Assembly: GCA_025603075.1 (NCBI GenBank)
Contig: MU626438.1
Coordinates: 1-38,940 of the forward strand
DNA from: Neoconidiobolus thromboides FSU 785
Taxonomy: Eukaryota > Fungi > Entomophthoromycota
Reading direction: 5' to 3'
DNA: 38,940 nucleotides
The position numbers and the translations under genes were made by a program. Positions 10,463-22,900 of this stretch are shown here, in pieces (position 1 is the first letter of the stretch; each line of letters opens with the position of its first letter). A model generated the notes under the pieces. The model saw nothing but the letters and a program-made list of their open reading frames with translations, was not told the DNA's origin and did not search any database.

Positions 10463-11749
10463 TCACTGTTGGCCACATTGAACCCCAGAATAGCACTGTG
10501 ATGAACTATCAGGTAAATTACTAGGTCGGTTGTCGTTTTCATCATTTTCTTTTGAACGGGAGGAATTTACATCAGATAAAACCACTTCCTCGTACTTTTC
10601 CAAATTTGATATTGGTTCTTCAGGTGGTAGCAATTGTGATAAAAGCTCAAGATTATTAGGAGTAAGCCAATAGGGAGATGGGAATTCAATGTCAAATTTA
10701 ACATACAAATCGCCTTTTTCTAATTGATGATAGATGGGCATTCCTTCACTTTGAACAATCTTAGTATCGCCTAAAAAACATTAGTATATCTATTATTGAT
10801 AATATTACAATCATTTACCTGATTTGTTTATTTCTCCAGGAAGAACCGATAGCAATAATTCTCTGCCATCTAAATGTTTGATTACTATCCGACCACCACA
10901 TAAAGCTGTTGACAACTTTATTTTAACTTCACAGTGTAAATCACTGTTTTTTCTAACAAATTTTTCATGAGGTTTTTGTTCGACGACAAATATTATAGAA
11001 CCAGGAACTAAGGAAGGTGCTTGATCTCCTTCTCTTTCAAAGATAATACGCTGTTTATCAACCATGCCCTTTTCAATATTTACACGAAATATCTTTTTTT
11101 GATTAATTATTCGACGACCGTTACAAGCCTCACATTGATTTTTTCTTAATGGAACTTCGCCTCTTCCTTTACAATCTATACAAGCAACTTTCACTTTTTG
11201 TAGCATTGGACCCACCGTTCTATACTTTGAAATAAATCGTGTCATATTACAAGTCGAGCAAGGTTCCATATCAACTGAAGTATTATAAAACTCATTACAG
11301 TTTTGACATATAGCATCTTTGTTTAACTTTGGGTAGAAAACTTTTCCATTATATAAATCTTCTAAGGAAACTCTCAAAATATGAGCTACATCTTTGCCCT
11401 TTTTAGGTGACATGTTTTTATTAAATCCGCTATAATGGCACTTGAACTCTCTTTCTTTACCATTATTTGAGGTGAACAATTGAGAAAACAAATCATCTGA
11501 TACTGAGTTTGGGTTATTATACTGCTTTTTTATATTTGTTTCATTATTTATTGTTGATCCCTCTAAATTTATCAAAGTTTCATAGGCATTCGAAATCTCT
11601 TTAAATTTATCCCCAGCAGTTGGATTTTTATCAGGGTGATATTCTTTTGCTAACTTATAATAAGCGTTCTTTAATTGAGATTGTGTACACCCTGGCTTTA
11701 CATTTAATACTTGATATAAATTAGTGTTGTTTTCCATAATATTGATCAT
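10463..11749 (-). CDS. Type I DnaJ/Hsp40 co-chaperone, Ydj1/Mas5-like, with C-terminal CaaX; exons 11749-10819 and 10770-10463
   Basis: J domain with HPD, four CxxC repeats, [22 protein letters not shown] and C-terminal VQCGQQ; 48-nt intron. Confidence 0.92.
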
Positions 11750-12571
11750 TTATTTATATAACTATTAAAAGATTAAAATTTAATTTTTAGCTTTTTTTTG
11801 TTTATTTATACAGATTATTGGAAACTTTGTTTATCCGGAAATCCCATCCTTGATGTTCTACTAAAGAATTCTTACTAAATTGTCTCATATCCTTAATTGA
11901 TTTCACTTTTGTATAGCGAATTATTGATCTTCAAATAAAATTAAACTCTAATTTGTTAGCTTGAATAAGAAACATTACTTTATTTGTAATTCATCTGATA
12001 TAGCATATGGAGGAAAATTGTCACAATTCATTTAATAAGCTTTGTCCCGCATAAAAAAAAGTTCCTTCTTGCAAAAGTTCGGGTTAAGGTAGCTTTTAAA
12101 TTGTAGGTAAACCGGATTATAAATTAAGCATGTTTTTTGAATTTTGAAATATGAAAACCTCAAATGTTTTAAACATAGTTAAATATAATTTTGACAAATA
12201 TGTTTTTAGGATAAATTTAATTCCAAGTACTCATTTAATTTAGAAGTTTACCAATATTGATATAACCTATCTTTTGTTTGTTATAGCTTATAACGATTAT
12301 TTGTAAGATTAATTATAGAGAAATCTCGCGCTTTTAAATACCGCCTTAGTTAAACTATACATCCAACCTGCTAGTTTGATAATATATTAAGCAGTATTTA
12401 GTAGGACTTGGAATGTCAATGTTTATAATTCATTCTTTTTAAAAATATAAATGATTTAATTTTAATTTTAATTTTAACTTAATCTTCTATAATTTAAAAC
12501 TAATAATTAATCAAAATAGTTTTATTCTGATTTATAACTGACATTTGGGAAAAGACTGTTAGAAATATAAC

Positions 12572-12675
12572 ATATGGGGATGTATTTTTGTATTTAAGAA
12601 TTTTATTAACAATTTTTCCACTCAAATAGCACTTAAAAGATGGAAAAAGTAATGAAGCCAAAAACATCACCACAT
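12572..12675 (+). mobile_element. MITE-like element
   Basis: ATATGGGGATGTATTTTTG... family core; right end catcaccacat. Confidence 0.9.
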
Positions 12676-13383
12676 GATAATGTGATATATATCAATAAAA
12701 AAATATTCATTTAAATTTTACTCTAAGAGAGAAATTTTATTCAACAGTTTATAAGTATGAAACAAAGGTATATACTTCATTTTTACAATAGTTGCGGTGA
12801 AATGATATTGGAAACTGTAAACATTTATATATACTTTAACCTAAACAGTACAGATACTTTATTTCATATTGAACCGAAAGTATTAATAATTTAACGATAA
12901 ATTACTATAGCCGGTGTCTTTTATTTTAAAGAGACCAATGAATTTATCCCATACTCCTAATAATAATTTTAAGCAATTTTTCTAATTATCCGCTTAAGCA
13001 TAGATCTTCTGAATTAAATTTATCGCAAACAGAATTTTTTATTTTTAATTATGGTTATATTTCACAAACTAGTCTTAGCCTGATTAGCTCTAGATATTCT
13101 AAAAAGAATTGACAGGCCTAACTTATCAAATGTATTTAAGTAATTAAGATGACTAGCTCTGTATGACAAAACTTTGTACCAAAGTTCAAAAGCACTTAGC
13201 TACTTTGATGACTTTATTTTTATTAGATTTTTATAATAATAATATCACTACTAAGCTATTTAATAATAAACTATAGGTTGATTGTTGGGCCATCACTAAT
13301 ATCACTTTAAGGCACTTTATCCTTTTTTTCAAAAAATGTGTAAAATTCTTTACAGAAGAGTAGTTTCTAAAAAATTATACTAT

Positions 13384-13485
13384 AAATGGGGATGTATTTT
13401 TTTGTTTAAGAATTTTACTAATAATCTTTCCACTTAAATAATGCTTTAAAAAAATGGAAAGTAATGAAATCAAATATCCCAAAAT
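13384..13485 (+). mobile_element. MITE-like element
   Basis: AAATGGGGATGTATTTTT... family core; right end tatcccaaaat. Confidence 0.85.
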
Positions 13486-13863
13486 AGATATTCATGTATT
13501 TAATAATAGATTACAACTTTATAGTCATATTACTATTATTTAAATAAAATAAATAGCTTATTTTGTTATTTTTTATAGTACTATCAATCAATGTTTACGA
13601 GTTTGTTCAATTAACCTTTTATAATAAATTTTACTTACTATAATATATAGAAAAAGTTAATTTTCTTAGGATTTTATAGATATTTTGTATCTTCATATTA
13701 AACATCTTATTTAATTAAAAGATAAAAACTGATGCTTATACTCCTGTAACAAAAAACTGAAAAGCAGTTGTTTAATAATCAAACATGGTGAGAGTATTGA
13801 ATTTCATTTCTTATTTGTTTTTGATTCTTGTATAATATTAATTACTAACAAAAATAGTTGTTT

Positions 13864-13968
13864 ATATGGGGATGTATTTTTGTATTTAACAATTTTACTC
13901 AATTTTTCCACTTAAATAGCACTTAAAAGATGAAAAAAGTAATGAAACTAAAAAAATCATCCTCACAT
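13864..13968 (+). mobile_element. MITE-like element
   Basis: ATATGGGGATGTATTTTTG... family core; right end catcctcacat. Confidence 0.9.
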
Positions 13969-14698
13969 ACTATATGTTTTTAGACTCGATTATCTAACAC
14001 CAAAGCATGCTAATTTTCCGCTCTTTTAAGGATTTTGAAAAAGTTTTAATTTTGCATCTGATTTTATTGCAATTATTATACTATTGCTTATCAACAAAAT
14101 TTATTTATTTTAAAAAACTGATATTGAGGTTTTAATAGAATTTAATAAAAAATAAAATTGAAATTGGAATTTTTTGCTGTGTATATAAATTAATCACTAC
14201 AAATTTTTACAATTACAATGAAAAGTATGAAAGTATAAAAGATTGCTATTCTAAAGTACACATTGCTTGTGCTTACTAAAATTATAAATTATTACCACCA
14301 TGGTATAATATTATAGCTACAAACACAAGCCTTCCAAATTTATTCAAACTTTTGCAAGTTTTCATTAGTAATTTTAGCATTTGGATTAAAAATTAGCTAA
14401 TTTGATACAAAATAGCGTAGTATTGGGTAAGAATAAAATGTAGTTGAACTTTTATTCTTTAATATAATTTTAATGGCAAGTTTGCTAAATCAAAATTATT
14501 TTTTTAATATATATATTAAAAAAATGGTATGACATATCATCCCTTTTAGATAGATAAATAGAAAATAAATAGAATTCTTAAAGAATATTAATATATGGCG
14601 TTATTTTAGCAAATTATTTATAATAGACATATATTAGTATAAAAAGAAAGTAATTGCACTCTTATTTTTATAAATTATAACCCTTAAAAATAAATATA

Positions 14699-15802
14699 AT
14701 GAAATTTCATTTATTAAGTTTAGTTGCTATAAGTGCTGCCGTTAGTAAACCATCTCAAGGTGATTTAAGTGAAGGTAATCGTCTAGTCAAGACTTCCTTA
14801 AATGGAGCTCCAAAGTGGTTAAATTATGATCAAGTTTCAGAACTTATTAAGGAAGGGACCCATTTCATAGATATCACTGATGATAAAGAAGATAATGTTG
14901 GTATTCAAAGATCTAGCATTAAGTCGGTTTTAGATACTGAATTTGAAGTTCCATCTGATATTAGATATTGGGATTTGGTTAGAAAAGGAATTCAACATAT
15001 ATCTAAAACAAAAGCAAAATCTTTACTTACAACTCTTTCAAGCTATCATAACCGTTACTATAATGCTAGTACTGGGGTTCAAAGTGCAGAATGGATTCAT
15101 AATCAAGCAAAACTTTCCATAGATAAGCTTGGTAATGGTGCCAATATTAAGTTCTTTAATCACACTTGGCCACAGCCTTCGGTTATTGCTACAATTCCTG
15201 GATCTGATTTGAAAGATGAAGTAGTAATTATTGGGGCTCATTTAGATTCAATTAACCGTACTGAAAGAGCAACTGGCCGTGCACCTGGTGCTGATGATGA
15301 TGGTACTGGAACCGTTTCTTTGCTTCAAGCATTGAATGCTTTAGCTCAAATTAACTTTAAGCCACGTCGTACATTACAATTTCAATGGTATGCTGCTGAA
15401 GAAGTAGGTTTAAGAGGGTCACGTGCTATTGCTAAAGAGTATAGAGACAAGAATGTAAATGTTGTAACCCAACTTCAATTAGATATGAATGGCCATTTAG
15501 TCAATAGACAAATACGTATTGTAAATGATTTCACTGACCCAGAACTTAATGCTTTAGTTAAAAGACTTATTGAAGCATATACTGAATATTATTGGGTGGA
15601 TGGTAAATGTGGCTATGGGTGCTCAGATCATGCTTCATGGAATGAGCAAGGTTACCGATCTGCATTCCCATTAGAAGATAAATCAACACCATACATTCAT
15701 ACCGAAAATGACACAGTTGCAAATGTTAACTTTGATCATTGGTACCAATTTGCTCGTTTAGGACTTGCATATACGATTGAATTATCTGAACCAAGAAATT
15801 AA
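14699..15802 (+). CDS. Secreted M28 leucine aminopeptidase (367 aa, intronless)
   Basis: Signal-peptide-like N-terminus; di-zinc ligand motifs GAHLDS, GADDDGTG, AAEEVGL, QLDM and CGYGCSDH. Confidence 0.93.
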   Translation: MKFHLLSLVAISAAVSKPSQGDLSEGNRLVKTSLNGAPKWLNYDQVSELIKEGTHFIDITDDKEDNVGIQRSSIKSVLDTEFEVPSDIRYWDLVRKGIQHISKTKAKSLLTTLSSYHNRYYNASTGVQSAEWIHNQAKLSIDKLGNGANIKFFNHTWPQPSVIATIPGSDLKDEVVIIGAHLDSINRTERATGRAPGADDDGTGTVSLLQALNALAQINFKPRRTLQFQWYAAEEVGLRGSRAIAKEYRDKNVNVVTQLQLDMNGHLVNRQIRIVNDFTDPELNALVKRLIEAYTEYYWVDGKCGYGCSDHASWNEQGYRSAFPLEDKSTPYIHTENDTVANVNFDHWYQFARLGLAYTIELSEPRN

Positions 15803-16184
15803 ATAGTTCTCAGGCGCGGTATTTGGTTTCGAATATAGCTATAATAAATTTAATAATTTTTAAATATAAATTATTTTTCACTTTTTTAAACTCAAAGTAT
15901 CCATTTTAGAATTCTATAATTGAAAAATTAAACCTACTGTTTTTTTATTATTTTTCATACAAAAATATATCCCTATATAATTTTAAAAGAGTTATTAGTC
16001 AAATGATGAAATAAAAAGGTCATACTATATCTTTTAAGGGATGACTAAACTATTTATATAGTATTTGCATTATCGATGAGCTGGTATTTAATTTTTATAA
16101 TTAGAAGGTATTAGAAATTGTAAAATTATAAGATTAAACTAAATCTCATATATATGTTTATAATAAGATTATTTAAATTATTTA

Positions 16185-17583
16185 TTAATGCCCAGCTGAA
16201 GTCATAACTCTAGTTCCTTCAAAATCTGCAATTAAATTTTTAACAGAATCAATTGAACCTAAAATAAGTCCCAATACTCCAACAATAACACATAATGTAC
16301 TTAAAACATATTCCCAGATTGCTCTATTTTTAAATCCAAATAATTTATAATGACATGCTAGTGGTACTAAAAAGATAATTATACAGTTGGATACCGCCCC
16401 TATCAAAGCCATGAGATCGTTGAAATATGGGACATAAATAGCAATAACTGTAAGCACAAGCCCAACTACTGTTCTTAAAATAGCTCTAAATATTAATTCA
16501 CGAGTAGCTGACATATATTTACGATCTATCTTTAACCAACTTTCTTGTTCTAAACAAAACGAACATAAATAAATAGGCGCAGCTAAAATAACGTGGAGTG
16601 TAATAACAAGATAAGCAAATATTGCACCTGCTTTATAGGATGCAGATTCTAATAAAGAATCAATTATAGGGGATTTTACATCACTTCCATATACTAAATA
16701 TCCAGCAACACCTACTATTACATACATAGTTGTAATAGTTACAATCGCGCCTAATAATACAAAATTCCAACGTTTTGGGCTCTTCATTCCAACTTCAACA
16801 TGTGGGTAAACAACATTACCACTATATGAAAATGCAATAGTAGCCATGGCCAAAGGTAGTCCCGACCACTCTACAACTTTGGTACTTGGCTGTACATACC
16901 CCACTGAGCTCATTTCCAATCCCCCTACAACAACTACTGCTATAACAACCGCAAAGGTTGCAAAGGCACCAAAAGCAGCCAACCAAGCAACTTCTTTTAA
17001 AGTTTTCAATAAAGTAGTTGGTATGATAATTATAATACCAGCTAATAAAGTCCAAATTTGTTGAGACAATATTTCAGTATTATTGTTAAGATTTGTAGAA
17101 ACCTTATGAATATTTAGTCCAGTTAAAAGTATATAAAGACAAGCACACGAAAGCAAAATAGAATAGTGAAATACTTTGACAAAATATCTTCCAAATTTAC
17201 CAAAAGCAGCTTCTCCAATATCAGGAAACTCTTCTAGTCTTTCACCTCTATTAAAAATAATAAATAAATGTTTAAATGATATTATATAATAATACTTACG
17301 GTTTGTAATAAAGGCACTCAATTAGTAATTTTCCTGTATACATAGCTAATATTGCAGCAATAAAAAATAGAACCAGTGTTACCCAACCACCAGTATGTAT
17401 AGCATAAGGCAATCCTAAAGTTCCGGTACCAGCAACAACACACACTATGTTAAAGTAAGCTCCAAAGCTAGACCCTGTACGATGTTCATCTTGCTTATTA
17501 CTTGTAATTGACTTTTCACAAGCTACTTGATTTACTTCCGAGTTAAATTCATTACTGATTTCACTACCATGATCTTTCCCCAT
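16185..17583 (-). CDS. Amino acid transporter, Aa_trans/AAAP family (AVT1-like), paralog 1; exons 17583-17300 and 17247-16185
   Basis: SSFGAYFNIVCVVAGTGTLGLPYA..GGW, YPDIG-type motif (FPDIGEAAFG), FSYSGNVVYP and ~11 hydrophobic segments; 52-nt GTAAGT..TAG intron. Start taken at MGKDHG. Confidence 0.92.
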
Positions 17584-19917
17584 TATTTTAAATAAATATA
17601 TTATATACAATCAGTAAAAAGTTTGTTTTTTTTAAGTTTATTATAATTAATTAGATCCACATAACTTATTTATATAGTTCAATTTTTGATACATTTTAGA
17701 ATAAATCCCTGTATATGCCCTATGATCATCTATCTAATTACATCTAACATCAGTGGGTATATTTTATAAAATTAGCTATAGACTTATGATATCATTGTAT
17801 CTAAATGAGGACTCTTTTGGTCAATTTTAGTTAAAGTCACCTGCTTAAATAAAGAAAAGCCTAAAAGTGACATCATCATAATTAAATAGGGTTGTTTATT
17901 AGAGTTTAACAAAATGATCAGGAGATATCATTATTAAAGAATAAATAAATTAATGAGAAGTTCTACTTCAAGCCAACCAATTGTTCCCGAGAAAATTACT
18001 TCAAAATGGGCTAATGAAAAAAATTAAAATAATTCAACATTTTAAACCAGGGTTTATATACACATGATAGGATATTAATAACGCTAATTATATATAACAA
18101 TTTTAATTATAATTTGTTTCCCTTTGTAGCAGGAAAATCAATCTTTTATTTGAATCTCACTATAAGCCTACTCAACAGGTGTACATTTTTAATGTATGAT
18201 GATCAACTTTTGGAGAAAAATCGGTTATTACATTTTACTTAGCCTCAGTTAAGTAATCAACCTTAATAGCTTTATTACTTTAGAATAATTAATTATTGAC
18301 ATGTCCAATAAAGTTTTATCTTGATAAATAATTCAATGACAATATCATAATAAAAAGGGTAACTTGGCATTATGTTATTATTTTTTCTATCTATATCAAA
18401 GGATATAAGAAGTGAACAACTTGAAGATGAAACTTCAAAAAGAAAGCAATAATATACCATTCTAATGAATCTCTTGATTGTATTATATTGAAAATTTATA
18501 TATTTGTTTTAAACGGATAGTCCGGCTTTAGATTATATACTTGTCTTTAAGGTTTAATCCCGAATTTGCTTTATTACTACATTATCTGTAATATGATAAA
18601 TAAGATTTGTTGATGTTATTCTATAAATTTTAATCATGGTCAATTCTATTAGCAAAACCATGACATCATTTTAATTTCGAGTATTATTTGACATAATTTT
18701 AATAAATAAAAATAGATAGAAATAAATATATAGCTATATTTCTAGAATTTTCTTTTAATCATCCAGCATAACATTATCATTTATCAAAATTTTGTATACT
18801 ATAATCATAAAGTGTTAAATTAAAATATCTAAAGTGCTATTCCAATTGAATGTTTAACTTTTGAAATATAATACAGATAGTTGAGACAAGCGCCTCTTAT
18901 TAATACAAAAACTATGGATGATAAATCCTTTTAGTATATTCTGATCAAAAAATCAAATAATATTTGTCAAAAGTTAGAAAGATTCTGATCAAAATAAAAA
19001 AGTATTCGTGAAAAAACAAAAATCAAATCTAGACAAAAAATAAGAATCATTCAAGTACTTTTATAAAAAGCGAAAAAAGTGAGCATTTAAATGACAGCTT
19101 TTATATTGATTTCTTTATATTTTAGTAAATGGCAAATCTGTTTTTTGATAAAAACATCAAGGAAAGATATGCTTATTATTTGCTTTACTAAATCCAATTA
19201 TTAGCTGACCCCGATTTTTTATTTATAAAATAACTATATATACTTTCAATAATAAGTAATGATGTCTAAATAAGCATTTTGAGAAATTAAAATTTTTAAT
19301 GTTTTTTTACATTATTTTAATAGTATGATATTAAACTTAGATTATACTATATCCTTTATAATTGGTATAATTTGAAGCATACCTTTCACATAAATATACA
19401 AGAAATGCAAAATCTTATTGCAAATAATATATGCCTCTATGCTAATAGAATAAAGAGATATCAAAAATTCAAACCAGCAACCAGAAGTTAAGAGTGTGGA
19501 GAAATCAGATAGTGACCAGTTTTTATAAAAACCAATGAATCACTTCGATATTCAAATGGTTTTTAGCTGGCATTTAATGGACTGCTTCGGTTGAAATAAT
19601 TTTATTATGATATTATATAAAAAATAGGCTTATAAAGTAATATGAGTTAATTTATTGTTATTAAAAATCCTTAAAGTATTTCAATAACAAATGTCTATTT
19701 ATAATATCAATAAATGTAAAAGATTCCATTACTATGAATAATGGCTAATTAGTAATGATTTTAAGTAAATGACCAATGAAATTTTACCGTTATTTAGCAC
19801 CATGATTTCATGACAAGAAAAATTAGGTTTGGAAGCATTTTTAATAGCGATTAAGGTAATATATCTTATAAATAACTTTTTATATTTAATAAATCAAAAT
19901 AAATAGAAAAAATTATA

Positions 19918-22900
19918 ATGATAAAGAAAAATGATATTGTTGTTTTGGAAATTTTGGCAATACAAGGGCGTAATTTACCTAACAAAGATTTTTTTAAAAA
20001 GCAAGATCCATTTCTAACCTTTCATATTGGTGAACAAGTACATCGTACCAAAGTTGATAAAAACGGTGGAACAAGACCAGAATGGAATAACAGGTTAAGA
20101 TTCGAGAGATTACGTGACCCTGTAGAAACTATAATGAAAATAAAATGTTTTGATGATGAATGGAAGAGGAAAGAGCAATTTATTGGTGAGTGTGCAGTTG
20201 ATTTAGGGCCTGTTTATAAAACAGGTGAATGCGATGGATGGTTTAAATTGTATGATCGAGGTAATCCAGCAGGTGAGGTTTATTTAGAACTAACCTTTTA
20301 TACCCAAAATGGTATCGCCAAAAAATATGCACAGGGAGTTGAAACATTAGCAATGGTACCTGAGGTTAAAACTTCACCGCCTAGCAAGCCTATTACTGGG
20401 CCTCAGCCAATAAACTCTCCAGGAAATACTGTTAAAGCAAATAATATAGATAGTTTGAATAATCAAAAAACAACACTTGATGATAAAAATCAAACTGAGG
20501 TAGTTGATTTAGAAAAAGTTCAACCAGTAAATGTCGTTCAAACACCCTCCAACATTCAGGATATGTCAACTCCAGATATCCCAAACGTTAATGCTATCAG
20601 TTCTGTCAAAGTTGATGAGACCCATAGCGGTCAAGAAGAAAAAATTGATAATGAAAAAAGTTCAAATTCAAAGCCAGAGGGTGTTGTTATTAACCAAAGT
20701 TCAACTGTCGAGGGTCTAACTCAGAGTTTGCAGAGTATAAACATTAATGATCAAGCAAGTTCACCAAATACTTCAGAGGATAGCAACCAACATCCTAATA
20801 AGATAGTTTCGGGGATAACTGGCAATATTGGAGAAATTGCAGCTCCTTTGAAAGCCAACGACTTTACCCCACCATCAGATAACACAGGAAGTATAAAAAA
20901 CGAATCTAAAAATCATCTTAATCCATCTCAGCCTTCAGAAGGTAATATGATAAATCAATATCATAATCAAGCAGTAGATCATCATCAACAAAAGCTAGAA
21001 GAAGCAAAACAAACCGATGTCCAGATAGTAAATGAGCCTTATATACCCGCACATATAAGTGCAAACGTAGCAGCTGGAATAGCAAATGCTGCAGCATCAA
21101 ATGCTCACTTTAACCAAAATGAAGTTACTACAACACCAAGTGATATACCACAATCTAGTTTCCAGGCACAATTGAAAGCACAACTTGAAGCAAGAAAAAA
21201 CAAACAAAATTTACAACATGTAACAAATCAAGATAATGTTTCAACACATCCACATTTAGTTGAGAATGAGGTACCATCTAACGATAGAATTAACTCATCT
21301 ATAAATAACACTGAGAATCAAATATCAAGTCCCCAAGTAAGTCAAATGTATCCTATAAACATCAGCCCAACTACTCAGGTGAATCATGTGACTCAAGCAC
21401 AAAATAACCCAATTTATAATCCACTTCAAATTCATCAAAATACACATGATATCCAGCTAAATAGCCAAAAAGTAAATCAAGAGCAATTCAGCCAAGATCA
21501 TCACGCTAAACTGATATCCAATAATGCTATAGTTGCTGAAACACATTCAATTACTAGTCAAGAACAAAACCCAGCCTTGAATGAAAATCATGCTCCTTCA
21601 ACTGTAACTAGCCCCCAGAACCAAGTATATCAAAATATAGTACCGGTGGGTCAACAAGTTCATACACAAAATACTGTTTATAATACAGATAATAGTACAT
21701 CAATAAACCAACCTTCTTCAAGTTCCCACCAAGCTCAAACTTCAGCTGAAAATATAGTCACCAATCAACTGCAGCCATCAATGGACCAACAAATCCAAGC
21801 TATCCCAGATAGCCTTGTTCAAAGCACTCATATATCTCAGACACCCTTAACTCATCCCATCAATCAAAATGTGACCAATAATCAAAGTTATCCAATTTTG
21901 TCGACAGCTAAGCCACAGCAACAGGCACATATCCAGGCCCACGTGGTGTCACAAACTCAGGATATAGTGACACAAGCTCAAAACGTAACCAGTAATCAAG
22001 GTCACTCAATTCTACCAACAGTTGAACCACACCAACAGATATATACTCAAGCCCATAATGTATCGCCACAAACACAAAATATAACTAGTAATCAAAGTCA
22101 ACCAATTTCATCGACAGCTGTATCACAGCAACAGGTGCATGTTCAAACTCATAATATACCACCACAGCCTCAAAGCAGCATATCTGGAAGCCAAAATTCA
22201 AGTTTATATCAAAACCAAGTCAATCAAAGCTCACCTCCTATTGACCATTATAGTCAACAAAATCAAGGGCAGGTACCTTATAAACCAGTTCAACACCAAA
22301 ACTCAATAAATAATAATGAATTGAACTATAACCAAAATACAAATATACCACATTCATTACAAATATCTACTAATACTACACAGGTGTATGCTAACAATAG
22401 TCAAAGCCAACCACATTTATCTTCTCATCCTACTACATCAGTTACCCAAGTTAATATCCATGGGCAAGCACAAACCGTATCCCAATTGAATCATAGTATA
22501 ACTGGAAAGCCCAATATGGATTCACCTATAGGCTCTCCTTATTATACGACCCCATATTATAATAGCAGCTCATATCAATCTCCTGTTTACAACAATAATG
22601 AGACATTGACAGGAGGAGGAGTATATAATACTGGACCAATCTATCCTCCAGCAATCAATTATACTGAAGTACAACAACAGCCCCTTGGTTTTGTATTCAA
22701 TCAAGTTTACCATCCACCTCCGGCAATGGCATATCCGCCTAACAAATATAGCACTAACAATACTTTTGCACCACAACCTCCAGTATCAGTAAGTAATTAT
22801 ATTCCTAATAGTAATACCAATACAAACAACTATACCCCTAATACCAATAGTTATAACAATTACAATCATAACAGCAATAGTTATAGTAGTAGTCATAGTC

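Noticed and set aside
12551-12571. AAGACTGTTA just left of MITE copies at 12572 and 33921
   Set aside because: Only a 10-bp match with different spacing; could be a MITE remnant or chance.
14540-14698. GATA and TATA-like motifs upstream of the peptidase and transporter genes
   Set aside because: Expected by chance at this AT content; no conserved spacing among the paralogs that I could establish.
15955-15979. caaaaatatatccctatata resembling a MITE end
   Set aside because: Too short and AT-rich; adjacent sequence does not follow the family core.
16185-17610. ORF-track N-termini such as MSAFITNRKYY, MYIIYLFKI, MKLSTNIF and MFFIMEF
   Set aside because: These are translated intron or UTR sequence, or non-ATG starts; spliced models give family-consistent proteins.
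18939-18994. Direct repeat ATTCTGATCAAAA twice within ~55 bp
   Set aside because: Short, AT-rich, no further copies and no associated feature.
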